DNA of 64,000 bases. Origin: a virus. The stretch lies in IMG/VR virus record IMGVR_UViG_3300035670_000145, positions 9,811-73,810 of that record; one strand, written 5' to 3'. The position numbers were made by a program, and so were the translations under genes. Under the pieces are notes generated by a model. It made no database searches, was not told the origin of the DNA, and saw only the letters and a program-made list of their open reading frames with translations. This document shows positions 54,281 to 63,849 of the stretch, one piece after another (position 1 is the stretch's first letter; each line of letters opens with the position of its first letter).

Positions 54281-54506
54281 GCATTTCTTCGGCAGCGGCT
54301 AAATCGTTGTCTTTTTGTGCCATGGCCTGCCGAAGTTGGATGTTTTCAAGCATTAAGCTTTGAAAGCCGGTTTGCATAGAGCACCATCCCTGCAGCAAGT
54401 TCTTTGACACTTCCTTGAGCTGCTTCAAGTCGGTGCAGTCGTCAATGGCCCTTTTGTTGACTGTCAGGGCAAATTCCCTTTCTGCTGAATGCTCAAAGGG
54501 CCCCAT
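54204..54506 (-). CDS. Helical protein with NblA-like N-terminus and coiled-coil tail
   Basis: S.E.EF.L......I..C.DL..LK helix-turn-helix pattern. Confidence 0.45.
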   Translation of the reverse strand: MGPFEHSAEREFALTVNKRAIDDCTDLKQLKEVSKNLLQGWCSMQTGFQSLMLENIQLRQAMAQKDNDLAAAEEMLNEAAEAVQQYAQQSSKARRSLWPW

Positions 54507-54900
54507 AATCGCATGGAATGGACGATTATTGAATGTTAGCTCAACTGGCAAGCAAAATTTCATTGGCTTTCATCGGCGCTTCTTTAAGCTTAATCGCGCA
54601 TTAAGAATGACTATGGAAGAGAACCGAAAAGGAAAGGACGGCTTGCCGAAAAGCGCTGTCTTGTCTACAATTGCAAAGCGTTCGGTTCCCTGTAATGCTG
54701 AAGCCTGAAAAGACTACGGCTGAAAGGTGGGGAGAGGTTTTTGGCCTGTTCGTCACTGCTGCTATTGCTTCCGCCATTAACGGCTGGCTGCTGAGCATTT
54801 GCGCCGCATTCTTTTTCCCATCGTTCTCCCTCGCCTTTTGGCAGTGGTGGCTCACTGCTTTTACTTGGCGCTGCATGTTCAGTTCTTCCTCGAGCAACTA

Positions 54901-55611
54901 ATGCTTCTTCCCTCCATCGATCCCCTTCAAGACGGCACCAGCGAAGTGAGACTGCTTGATTTCATGGGCAATAGTTTGTCTGTGGTCAATGATGCCCGCC
55001 AAAGCTTTGAAAAAGCTTCCGCCGACTGGTCCGAAAAGGACGCAAAATTGTTGAACTATCTAGCCCGCGAGCACCATACAAGCCCCTTTCGAGGAGTGGT
55101 GTTCAAATGGTTCGTGAAGGCTCCATTGTTCGTCGCTAGGCAATGGTGGAAGCACACGATCGCTTGCACCTATGTAGATGACCAATTGGGCTGGAACGAA
55201 AAGAGTTATCGTTATTGCTCGGCTGAAGATGCTGAGTTTTACATGCCCAGCATTTTCCTGCAGCAAAGCGAAAGCAACCGTCAAGCCTCTGCAGGCCCGC
55301 TGCCCGACGAAGCGCAGGAACGGGCCAGGCTTGCCTATGCAAGCGGCTTGTGGGCGGCCAAGGCGGCCTATGAAGACCTTCTGACGATGGGAGTGAGTAA
55401 AGAGCAGGCTCGCGCTGTGTTGCCTCCGGCCATGTACACTTCTTTCGTCTGGACTTGCTCGTTGCAAGCCCTGCTTCATTTCATCAGCCTTCGGAAAGGG
55501 GCCGGAGCACAGGGAGAGATTGTCTCCTATGCCGATGCCCTTTTTGCCATTGGAAGGCCAGTGGCCCCTGAAGCCTTTGATGCCTTTGCTGCCAACAACT
55601 ATCAATTCTGA
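54901..55611 (+). CDS. thyX: Flavin-dependent thymidylate synthase
   Basis: VN.AR.SF, H.SPF, PLFVARQW.KH, WNE.S.RY, EQAR.VLP, AQ.EI. Confidence 0.95.
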   Translation: MLLPSIDPLQDGTSEVRLLDFMGNSLSVVNDARQSFEKASADWSEKDAKLLNYLAREHHTSPFRGVVFKWFVKAPLFVARQWWKHTIACTYVDDQLGWNEKSYRYCSAEDAEFYMPSIFLQQSESNRQASAGPLPDEAQERARLAYASGLWAAKAAYEDLLTMGVSKEQARAVLPPAMYTSFVWTCSLQALLHFISLRKGAGAQGEIVSYADALFAIGRPVAPEAFDAFAANNYQF

Positions 55612-55613
55612 CC

Positions 55614-55991
55614 ATGCACGACTCTGTTAATTCTCCCTTTCATTACTCCTGCAGCCCCATCCAATGTGTAGAGGCCATTGAAGCATCAATGAGCCTGGAA
55701 GCCTTTAAGGGCTTCTTGAAGGGTAATTGCATTAAATACTTGTGGCGTTATCAGCACAAAAACGGCGCCGAAGATCTCAAAAAAGCTCAGTGGTATTTGG
55801 GTCGTTTAATTGAGATTCGCGAAGGTGAAGAAGACAAGGCCAGGAAAATAATGGAAGCCAGCAAAGAGGTGGCCAGCTATATTGCCAACCACGATCCTGA
55901 TGACTACATGATTAGTGGGTGCCCTGATGGTTTCTGCCCGCTGCCAAGCGTGAGACAAGGCCCTGCAGAGGTGTTCAAGCCTATTGCTTAA
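55614..55991 (+). CDS. DUF3310 / T7 gp1.7-like nucleotide kinase domain protein
   Basis: D.VN.P.HY, GN.IKY.WR..HKNG.EDLKKA.WY. Confidence 0.88.
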   Translation: MHDSVNSPFHYSCSPIQCVEAIEASMSLEAFKGFLKGNCIKYLWRYQHKNGAEDLKKAQWYLGRLIEIREGEEDKARKIMEASKEVASYIANHDPDDYMISGCPDGFCPLPSVRQGPAEVFKPIA

Positions 55992-56476
55992 CCAGCTAGC
56001 CCTAATTGTAAAGAAAGCGGCCAAATGCGGGCCGCTTTTTCATGCGCCTCGTGGATGGGCACGATTCGTTGCGTTTCGTGCATCCAAGCCTCCCATTCTC
56101 CAATGGCAGTATGAGCGCTAACAAAACTATGGGCATAAATCCATGCCATCAAAGCATCTTCACGCTCTTGGCTCCAGAACTGCTGTGGACGCCACCATTC
56201 AAACAGCGGCAGATTACTTTTGGCAGCATTGCAACTAAGGCATGAAGGGGCACTGTTCCATTTTGCAAAGTGCGGCCCTCCCTTGCTTTTGGGCACAATA
56301 TGATCAATGGTTAGTTTTTCGTTCCATCGCCCGCAATAAGCACAGGCGCAATGGTTGAAAGGGCCTCGCAGCGGATAGTCTTCAAAGATGCTCTTGCGAA
56401 ATCGGCGCTTCGCCTCTCCAGGGCGTAAAACAGACAAAGAATAAAGAAGATTCTCTGGTCCATTGTCTTGCCGCAT
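55988..56476 (-). CDS. HNH endonuclease (McrA-type)
   Basis: CAYCG...LTIDH.VP.S.GG....N....C..CN..K. Confidence 0.85.
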   Translation of the reverse strand: MRQDNGPENLLYSLSVLRPGEAKRRFRKSIFEDYPLRGPFNHCACAYCGRWNEKLTIDHIVPKSKGGPHFAKWNSAPSCLSCNAAKSNLPLFEWWRPQQFWSQEREDALMAWIYAHSFVSAHTAIGEWEAWMHETQRIVPIHEAHEKAARIWPLSLQLGLAG

Positions 56477-56566
56477 AGCATCACAATGCTCGCTTGTCTT
56501 TAGCTTAGACCACGAAAGACGATGGAGGGGAGAATGTAGAATATAAGAAAAAGTGTCACTGCTCCA

Positions 56567-56776
56567 ATGAAAACTTGGCAAGAAAAGGCTGCCGATTTGG
56601 CGGTGACAGTTACGGCAGGCATGCTTCTTGCCACTGGTGGAACTATGGTTGCTATTGGCACGCAACAAGCTCGCATTACCACGCAAGTGGAAACCGTCAT
56701 TGAAAAACTTGACGCTCTCACGGAAAATATTAAAAGCCTAGAAACTCGTGTGCGCTCTTTGGAAATTGAGCGCTAA
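56567..56776 (+). CDS. Membrane-anchored coiled-coil protein (lysis module)
   Basis: Hydrophobic N-terminus and R...LE terminus; upstream of the endolysin. Confidence 0.55.
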   Translation: MKTWQEKAADLAVTVTAGMLLATGGTMVAIGTQQARITTQVETVIEKLDALTENIKSLETRVRSLEIER

Positions 56777-56799
56777 GCTGAAAGAAACGCTTAACTACT

Positions 56800-56943
56800 A
56801 TGACTTCGATTGAATGGTTTGTCGTTGGCGGCATTGTCATTGCTGCTGCTGACCAAGTGATTCAACACACCCCCTGGAAAAGTAACAACATTGTGCAACT
56901 GCTCCTGACTGGCCTGAAAGCAGTGTTTCGCGTGAAGGGCTGA
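56800..56943 (+). CDS. Holin-like peptide (47 aa, not in ORF track)
   Basis: MTSIEWFVVGGIVIAAADQVIQHTPWKSNNIVQLLLTGLKAVFRVKG*; TAAGCT upstream. Confidence 0.6.
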   Translation: MTSIEWFVVGGIVIAAADQVIQHTPWKSNNIVQLLLTGLKAVFRVKG

Positions 56944-56951
56944 AAAACAGA

Positions 56952-57509
56952 TCACAACCACTTCCAGTTCTGCCTGCGAACAATTTTATTGATAGCGGTG
57001 CTGTTTACGCCGTAAAGCGCCGCTATTTTTGTTTGTGCTAAGCCTTGGCCGTGTAGTCGGCGAATCTCGATCACATCGGCCTCCTTTAGTTTGGCCTTGT
57101 GATGAGCCTCTCCGATAATTACAGTTCCATCTCTCCACTTGTCTTGAGTATTCCGAGCGGGTGTTCCGTAGTATAAATTTTCCACGCTGTTGTCATTTTT
57201 TCCATTGGGGCCATGAAGCACCCACTGGCCTTCTGGCTTGGAACCAAGAAATGCCATCGCGACAAGTTTGTGGACAGTGCAAGGCCTCGGTTTTTCTTTT
57301 TCTTGCCAAGAAAAGCGAACCAGGTCGTAACCGTCAGTGTCTTTGCACGGTTTTAAGATTTTTTCCGGAACGGTTCTGGTTTCCGGTTTTCCATGCCTGG
57401 TCCCGCAAGAGACCACTCGTCTTAGGCTTTTAACCCGTCCCATATTGCTAACTTCGTAGCGGCCTTCTGCGCCAGGCACTGGCCGCCATTCTTCTGCGAT
57501 AATGTTCAT
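56952..57509 (-). mobile_element. NUMOD4-HNH homing endonuclease
   Basis: E.WRPV....YEVSN.GRV.S; VH.LVA.AF; H..G...N...NL..GT...N; antisense within the lysis module. Confidence 0.9.
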
Positions 57510-57619
57510 GATTGCTCGATAACGCGAGTGATTCACGGGCTCGGTGGAGGGAAACCACGCGGGCCCACCCCAATAATAGCCGTTAGACTGGCTAAAAGAA
57601 GCAGTGTCGAATAGATGGC

Positions 57620-58561
57620 ATGAACTCCTGGGCTCTCATTCAAAATTACGCAAGGAAATGTGGCGCTCGGTTCCCGGAGCTAGTAGCAGCGCAATGGGCG
57701 CTCGAGAGCAATTTCGGTCAACACATGTCCGGAAGAAACAACGTTTTTGGCCTGAAAAGCGATGCGGGCGATGGTTCTACCGTCTCGACGAAGGAGTTTT
57801 ACGATGGGCAGTGGGTGACAATTAGGGCGGGCTTTATTGATTTCCCTTCCATTGAAGCTTGCATCGAATATTTGGTCACTCGCTGGTATAAAGACTATCG
57901 CCATTTTAAGGGCATCAATAATGCCCCCAATCGCTATGCAGCGGCTCGCATGCTTTATCAGCAGAAATATGCGACGGACCCTGGCTATCCGGCAAAGCTT
58001 TCAAAACTGATGAAGCAATACGCTCCTGAATCTACCACTTCCACCATGATTGGCCCCAAGAAACGCCCGCAAGATTTTGGCTTTAAGCAAGGCGACTCAC
58101 ATCTTGTAGTGAATGACGCCAGTGAAACCATGAAAGCTTTTTCTTTTGAAGGGAAACTTTTATGGGAGATTCCTTGCTTGGCTCGCGGGCAGTACAGCGA
58201 TTTTGAATGGAAGCTGCAAAATTCTGATACACCGCCTGGACTGTATCGCATTGGCACGATTTATAAAGACTATGAAATCAATGGAGACAACGCAAAATAT
58301 GATCGCACGTTGATGGCCTATGGCTGGTACAGTCTTGATCTAATTGACCTCGAAGGTCAAGAGGGTGGCAATGGCAGGGCAGGTATCATGATTCACGGTG
58401 GTGGATCCGCGTGTGGATGGCCAGGGGCATGGGCTCCAAGGCAAAAGCTATTTCCAACTCACGGCTGCGTTCGCTGTAAAAATATTGACCTTCGAGACAA
58501 AATTTTGCCACTTACTAAAAAAGGAACAATCTGGGTGAGCGTTTGGCAAGAGAGTCAATGA
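57620..58561 (+). CDS. Endolysin: GH73 glucosaminidase + L,D-transpeptidase-like domain
   Basis: AQ.ALES.FG, NN.FG.K, YATDP.Y; C-terminal TPPG.Y, I.IHGGG, THGC.R. Confidence 0.88.
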   Translation: MNSWALIQNYARKCGARFPELVAAQWALESNFGQHMSGRNNVFGLKSDAGDGSTVSTKEFYDGQWVTIRAGFIDFPSIEACIEYLVTRWYKDYRHFKGINNAPNRYAAARMLYQQKYATDPGYPAKLSKLMKQYAPESTTSTMIGPKKRPQDFGFKQGDSHLVVNDASETMKAFSFEGKLLWEIPCLARGQYSDFEWKLQNSDTPPGLYRIGTIYKDYEINGDNAKYDRTLMAYGWYSLDLIDLEGQEGGNGRAGIMIHGGGSACGWPGAWAPRQKLFPTHGCVRCKNIDLRDKILPLTKKGTIWVSVWQESQ

Positions 58562-58965
58562 GCCAGCAGGAATGGTTCCTTGCGCTGTGCTACGAGCTAG
58601 CGCTTGAGCTGGCCAAGCAACGCCCTTCCATTGCCTCTAAATGGTGGTACAAGCAGCTTCTGGAATGGTGCAGGCCTGCATGGGTGGAATGGAAAACAAG
58701 GACCACTCTGCAAGCTGTTGACAAGCAGGCCGCTGCTTTGGTGGAACAATGGGAGAAAGATGAAAGGGAGCATCGCGCAGAAGCACTCGCCTCTAAGGCT
58801 CAAGAGCTTTTTCCTAAAGCTACAGTCACGCCATTGCCAGATGCAATTGTCCCCAGCGTGATGATCGTTCACGAGGCTCCAGACGACGCTAGCGATGCTA
58901 TTAAAGCCCTCGGTGCCGAACTGCGCATCACTTGGTCTCTTGATGGTCCAGGCCCTTCCCAATAA
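58558..58965 (+). CDS. Hypothetical protein after endolysin
   Basis: ATGA-coupled to the endolysin stop. Confidence 0.55.
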   Translation: MSQQEWFLALCYELALELAKQRPSIASKWWYKQLLEWCRPAWVEWKTRTTLQAVDKQAAALVEQWEKDEREHRAEALASKAQELFPKATVTPLPDAIVPSVMIVHEAPDDASDAIKALGAELRITWSLDGPGPSQ

Positions 58966-59230
58966 GGTTGTGCAGGGTCATGTAGTGATCTAGCCCATCC
59001 CCATAGTCCAAGCCAAAAATGTCATAAATGGCCCAGCGATAGGTGCCCCTGTCTTCCACTTCTGCTTTGTGCATCAGTTTGCAAATTTGACGAAAGGCTC
59101 TTGCTTTGTCTTCATGGTCAAGACTGTCCCACCAAGCATCGTCTTCTGCTTGCTGCTGCTTTTGAAAAGCTTGAAAAGATTGTCGAAGCTCTTTGATTTC
59201 TTCAGAATCCAACCAACTCGTCATTGCCAC
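58928..59230 (-). CDS. Hypothetical protein
   Basis: About 100 aa; WW.SL and G.YR..IY.IFG patterns. Confidence 0.6.
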   Translation of the reverse strand: MAMTSWLDSEEIKELRQSFQAFQKQQQAEDDAWWDSLDHEDKARAFRQICKLMHKAEVEDRGTYRWAIYDIFGLDYGDGLDHYMTLHNLIGKGLDHQETK

Positions 59231-59443
59231 CCTTCTGCCGCAGCAACTTTACCACGTAATGTCCGCCATTTTTGCACTTCCTTTTCGTGGTAAGACAACC
59301 ATTCATCAATGGCGGCGGCAATGGCATTGTGGGCTTGGTCGCAACTATCTTCGTTGCACATAAGCTCCCACAGTGCTTCGCTAATTGCTTCCTGCTGTTG
59401 CTTGAAATGGGTGTCCATGGAAAAGAATGGCCCGTTGGTCAAA

Positions 59444-60667
59444 TCATACCAGCTCTCTCCAGCCAATCAATCCTGTTGCTTCTTGTGAAGTGCTGCATTG
59501 AATGGTGAGAACAAGCACGTCGCTAACACCAGAAGCGTTGGTGCCAAGTGACAAGGCAAGGCCACTCTCGGGATTAAACTCAATATCGCTCCTTCCTGCA
59601 ATCAGTCCCCCTCCAACAATGGTGCCCCCAGAAAACGTGCCGCTGGCCATGGTCTCCACGTTACCCCTGCCGTTCTGAGCCGTTGTCCAAACGCCACTAA
59701 TTGTAGGATTAAGCCTTAGTCTCCATTGTGCTACCACATTCGTCCCAGGTACGCCACCAAGGGCTGCATCTATTTGCGCAGGTAAGATTACATTGTCCGT
59801 GCGACCACTTGCCATGCGGATGGCTGCCACCATAGTTTCCGTGGAAATAGCAGAGAAATTATCTACGCCGCGACCAGCAATATAAATGGGGCCAGACGGT
59901 TCATAACCTCCTTCGCTCATCACTGACGAACAAATTTGCTTCATCGTGGCAGACGAATTACCAGTGGCGCCAATGCGATAGGACAATGGCAAAATAGCTG
60001 TTGTCATATACACCTTGTCAAGCGCGTTGGCATGGTTGAATTCATGACAATAATAATGCTCTCCATCTTTAACAAAACCTACTCTCACTCTTCCCACGCC
60101 AAGCCATTCCAAATCGGCCAGGAAAATATTTGCTTTTGAAAAATCCAACCATGAAGCGATGTCAATATTCCAAGAGCTTTGATCAACAACTGTTTCAACT
60201 GCCGCTCCGCTTGTATAGCTGCGAATGACGAACTGAACCGTGGTGCCACTAGCGCGCAACATAACGCCATTGTTATCGTCAAACAGGCCTACTTCTTGGA
60301 TTAAGCCTTCCTGTAGAGCGTTGCCAGCAAAGCTTTGCAGGACCATCATCGACTTGCCTGGCTGATAAGGGAATCGCCGCTTTGTGCGCCTCAGTACGCT
60401 ATCCCCGGAAGCCGTGACACTCATTGCCACTGAACTTTCATTGATCAAGTGGGAAGACGTGCCACTGGCAGTGATAATTTCGTTCCATTTCCTTGCGTCA
60501 TCATTATGACGAAGAGTGCTATCAAACAAAGTAAAGGGCTCACTCACGCGAGCCCTTCCAAACGCATCCACTGCACCGCTATCTGGACCTTGTTTCAGAA
60601 TGCGCCCGCGATGATCCGCTTCAATAGTTGTTTCGAACTGTTCGCCGCCGGCAATAATCTGACCCAT
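59444..60667 (-). CDS. Virion structural protein (beta-sandwich/lectin-like)
   Basis: DAFGR.RVS.P.TLFDS, YQPGKS, EWLGVG.VR.GF, terminal W.E; typical of cyanophage structural proteins. Confidence 0.7.
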   Translation of the reverse strand: MGQIIAGGEQFETTIEADHRGRILKQGPDSGAVDAFGRARVSEPFTLFDSTLRHNDDARKWNEIITASGTSSHLINESSVAMSVTASGDSVLRRTKRRFPYQPGKSMMVLQSFAGNALQEGLIQEVGLFDDNNGVMLRASGTTVQFVIRSYTSGAAVETVVDQSSWNIDIASWLDFSKANIFLADLEWLGVGRVRVGFVKDGEHYYCHEFNHANALDKVYMTTAILPLSYRIGATGNSSATMKQICSSVMSEGGYEPSGPIYIAGRGVDNFSAISTETMVAAIRMASGRTDNVILPAQIDAALGGVPGTNVVAQWRLRLNPTISGVWTTAQNGRGNVETMASGTFSGGTIVGGGLIAGRSDIEFNPESGLALSLGTNASGVSDVLVLTIQCSTSQEATGLIGWRELV

Positions 60668-60669
60668 GA

Positions 60670-60924
60670 CTAATCATCTTTTCCTCCATTGTACTCTTTT
60701 TTATGATATGCCTCTTCATATTCAGAAGCAATGGAAAGCATCGCGTCAGTGATGCTTTGCGAGGCATAGCCACAGCCCACCATGAATTGATAGAAAGCTC
60801 TTGCCATCGCGGGGGCGGCATCGGCGCTGTAGGTGTGGTTGATTTCCTGATACGAACATGTATCGTGCATCACGCCATCATCGGAAAAGCGATGGGAAAA
60901 GGAAATTGAATTGACGAAAGCCAT
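60670..60924 (-). CDS. Hypothetical protein with own promoter
   Basis: TTGACA-N17-TACTCT at 60946-60974; F..F...CGY pattern. Confidence 0.6.
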   Translation of the reverse strand: MAFVNSISFSHRFSDDGVMHDTCSYQEINHTYSADAAPAMARAFYQFMVGCGYASQSITDAMLSIASEYEEAYHKKEYNGGKDD

Positions 60925-60979
60925 GGAAGAAGGGCGCTCTTTTCAAGAGTAGCCACGACAGGACCGCCTGTCAAGGACG

Positions 60980-62080
60980 CTAAGGAGCGAGGAGTCCGAG
61001 GCTTTGTAGCGCGACAATAATACCACTCACCGCTATTCCCACTTCGTCAACAGATGAGCCCCCGCTAGGAATGGTAATGCCAGATGGCTGTGTCACTGCG
61101 CTAGCCCCGAAAAAGCCTAGGGTCTCCAGGGCCGTGCCAAGCACAAAACCACTACCAGTGGAAGCAGTGCCAGAAAGTGTGGGACTGAGAATAGTACCGC
61201 TTGAGAGCGTAGAAGAATTGATAGTGGTGGAAGAAAGAACGCTCTCTTCTATCGTGCCTCCAGAGATGGTCGGAAGGGTGATAACACTGTCGAGAACGGT
61301 GCCTGACAAAACGGCCCCCGAAATAGTGCCGCCAGTCAAATTACAGCCAGAGATAGTAGAGAGATTAATCGTCACTCCAGACAGCACCGTCCCTTCCATC
61401 GTCCCTCCAGAGACAATGGGAGAAGTGATGGCGCTATCAATAATCGTGCCAGATAGTACAGCTCCTGAAATGGTGCCACCAATCAAATCACAGCCAGAAG
61501 CCGTAGAGAGATTGATTGTTACGTTGGAAAGCACTGCAGCCTGTACAGTCCCTCCGGAAATAGTGGAAGAAGTGACAACACTATCGAGAATAGTGCCCGA
61601 CAATGTAACGCCAGAAATGGTGCCGCCAATCAAATTGCAACCAGAAATAGTCGTCAGATCGACGGTACAAGCAGACAGCGCAGTGTTTGTAATTATCGAA
61701 TCTTCAATGCTTGAATTGTCAATGGTGCAATTATCAACAATGGCATTTGAAAGGGCAGTGCCGTCTGCAGTGCCGCTCGTTAGCGTAGCACTTGCAATCG
61801 TTCCATCGTTAATGGTCGGAAAAGAATAGATGCCTCCGCTAATTGTTGCATTATTGGTTGCATTGCCAGAAAAAACAGGAGCAATGAGCGTCAGGCCAGA
61901 AGCTTCTGATTCCCACAAGGCGTCATAATCAACAACGCTTTGCTTGACAAGGATTTGCCCTGCAGTGCCTCCTGAAGGCATGGTGTCGCCGCCAATCGGC
62001 CCTTGTACTCCAGGAATGGAAAGCGCAAGATCAGTGGTTTCGCCGCTAACAATGGTGATGATAATGTCGCTCATGATCAA
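60980..62080 (-). CDS. Ser/Thr/Gly-rich repetitive fibre protein (beta-helix-like)
   Basis: PG.QGP and GG..GQ.L.K.S..DYD..W fibre motifs; 49-aa repeats; C-terminal GFFG....QP and L..LGL. Confidence 0.7.
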   Translation of the reverse strand: MIMSDIIITIVSGETTDLALSIPGVQGPIGGDTMPSGGTAGQILVKQSVVDYDALWESEASGLTLIAPVFSGNATNNATISGGIYSFPTINDGTIASATLTSGTADGTALSNAIVDNCTIDNSSIEDSIITNTALSACTVDLTTISGCNLIGGTISGVTLSGTILDSVVTSSTISGGTVQAAVLSNVTINLSTASGCDLIGGTISGAVLSGTIIDSAITSPIVSGGTMEGTVLSGVTINLSTISGCNLTGGTISGAVLSGTVLDSVITLPTISGGTIEESVLSSTTINSSTLSSGTILSPTLSGTASTGSGFVLGTALETLGFFGASAVTQPSGITIPSGGSSVDEVGIAVSGIIVALQSLGLLAP

Positions 62081-62424
62081 TTCCTAGAACAAGTGCCTGA
62101 AATGGTGCAGGCTCCTTTGAGCCAGTAATAACGATCGCCAGATCCCGCCGTTGCGCTTACATCGTATTTATAAGATCCTGGTTCTAAGCCGCTTGTTGTT
62201 GCTGGAGGCAAAGTGAGCTGAAACACTCCACTAGCCGCGCTAATAATTGTTGGAATGAACGTGGCCACCTGCTCCCCATCAATGGAGCCGCAAATATCAC
62301 TGTCAATGGTATATCCGGAAAGATTAACGGGAGTGCCACCACTTTGCGTGACAGTTAGCTGCATTCTGTATGTAGCATTTTGCAACACTACAATGTCATA
62401 CGTGGCGGGATACAACATCGCCAA
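62077..62424 (-). CDS. Fibre/baseplate adaptor (Ig-like)
   Basis: P.NL.GYT, T..L..G.Y.YDV, L.G patterns. Confidence 0.65.
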   Translation of the reverse strand: MAMLYPATYDIVVLQNATYRMQLTVTQSGGTPVNLSGYTIDSDICGSIDGEQVATFIPTIISAASGVFQLTLPPATTSGLEPGSYKYDVSATAGSGDRYYWLKGACTISGTCSRN

Positions 62425-62464
62425 TGGCCAATATTTGATTCATTCTAACCTTAAGCAAAGCAAG

Positions 62465-62488
62465 AAAAAAGAGGGCTTTCGCCCTCTT
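62465..62488 (-). terminator. Intrinsic terminator
   Basis: AAGAGGGC-GAAA-GCCCTC-TTTTTT on the minus strand. Confidence 0.75.
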
Positions 62489-62492
62489 CGTT

Positions 62493-62633
62493 TTAGCCTT
62501 TTCCTTGACCTCTCAAGAGCTTGCGACCATGACTTGGCCGACTGTGCTGGCCATTACCTTGTCGCGTGCGCTTAGGGGTGCTGATGATGATGCGCTTGGA
62601 GCTGGATGCTCCTGCTTTGCTTTTGACTGCCAC
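62493..62633 (-). CDS. Small highly basic peptide (46 aa, not in ORF track)
   Basis: MAVKSKAG...PKRTRQG.G.HSRP...RK..RGQGKG*; fills the gap before the terminator. Confidence 0.6.
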   Translation of the reverse strand: MAVKSKAGASSSKRIIISTPKRTRQGNGQHSRPSHGRKLLRGQGKG

Positions 62634-62657
62634 AATGGGAAAAGAGAAAGGACTAGC

Positions 62658-62969
62658 TTAGCCTTGCCAAGGCACGCCAGCGGCTTTCGTGGGAGATTGT
62701 TGCTCGTCAATTTGCGCTTGAAGGGCGGCTTCAATTTCCGCTACTTTCTCTTCACCAAACTTGTCTTTCACCCATTGCACCACGATTTCTTCCGTGAGCT
62801 GACTGAATGGAATCATTTCGTCCTCAGGCCTCTCCAGTCCAAGACTGCCATAGGCGCCACTAGTGTACACACCATTGTCGGCATTAATGGTATAGTGCGC
62901 GGTAAAAACAAAACCGTCGGCCGTTTCCCTTTCGAGGTTGGCGATCGCCCATTTAAATGTAGTAGCCAT
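62658..62969 (-). CDS. Tail-fibre-associated small protein
   Basis: W.I..LER..DG.V..AH, IPF.QLTE..V..WV, terminal GVPW. Confidence 0.7.
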   Translation of the reverse strand: MATTFKWAIANLERETADGFVFTAHYTINADNGVYTSGAYGSLGLERPEDEMIPFSQLTEEIVVQWVKDKFGEEKVAEIEAALQAQIDEQQSPTKAAGVPWQG

Positions 62970-62994
62970 GGAAAATCAATTGACTTGAGACAGT

Positions 62995-63849
62995 CTACAG
63001 CACCGGCATCTCATATTCTTTTGTGGTGTTGCAATAGTGCTTGAAAATAATTTCGCTGGTATTGCCTGCCCAATTCGCTACTTGCGGCACAGGGATTCCA
63101 GCCTCAATCCATCGACTGATGGCAGTGTGTCGACAATCGTATGGCCTGTACAGGTGTGAGATTAAATCGCATTGATGCAGTGGCTGCAACTTTTTGCGAA
63201 AATAGCTCTGGAAGGCAAGCCTGTCCCATGGAAAAATATATTCTTGTTCTTGTGGGAGTTTCGATAAAATTTCTTGACACCTTCCGTTCAATGGCACCCA
63301 TCGTTTCTTGTTGGTCTTGGTGCTATCTTTTAAGCCATGGGTCAGCGTCCAATTTTGATGCACTAAGGCTTTGTTGTCCTTGATGTCACCCCAGCGCAGT
63401 GCTCGCACCTCGCCGGTTCGCATGGCCGTTTGCAACATAAACTCTGCATACCAAGCCCAATTCACATTTTTATAAGTTTGCTTCGCCTCCAGAGCGGCCA
63501 GCACAAGTCCGGTCTCATTGCGGGGGATCACAATGATATCCTCGTCCCTTTGTGGGGCTTTAGGCATTTTGAAGCTGACCAAGGGATTCCTGTCCAAATA
63601 CCCCACATCCTCTTGTGCGGCCCAACGAAACATAGTTTTAGTGTACATAGCTACGCGACGGCTTGATAACACGGGTTTTTCGCCCAGTACCCAGATCATA
63701 ATTTTGCGTGCCTCTGTTAGCTCTTGAATCGGACAGCGCTTCAACCACTTGGTTACCTGGCTGTAGTCAGAGGTCAAACTGGTGGGACATAAAGAAATTG
63801 AGCGCTCTTCCAAGAAGGCGCTCCAAAGCTCCGAAAGCGTAGTAGGCAC
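62995..63849 (-). CDS. Tyrosine recombinase (integrase/Xer-like, no arm-binding domain)
   Basis: T.MR.GE..AL.W.DI, TK, PY..RHT, GN......HY catalytic pattern; promoter TTGACG-N17-TAGTGT at 63874-63902. Confidence 0.9.
   Translation of the reverse strand: MPTTLSELWSAFLEERSISLCPTSLTSDYSQVTKWLKRCPIQELTEARKIMIWVLGEKPVLSSRRVAMYTKTMFRWAAQEDVGYLDRNPLVSFKMPKAPQRDEDIIVIPRNETGLVLAALEAKQTYKNVNWAWYAEFMLQTAMRTGEVRALRWGDIKDNKALVHQNWTLTHGLKDSTKTNKKRWVPLNGRCQEILSKLPQEQEYIFPWDRLAFQSYFRKKLQPLHQCDLISHLYRPYDCRHTAISRWIEAGIPVPQVANWAGNTSEIIFKHYCNTTKEYEMPVL

Noticed and set aside
61071-61829. 252-aa repetitive plus-strand ORF
   Set aside because: Mirror of the Ser/Thr-rich fibre gene
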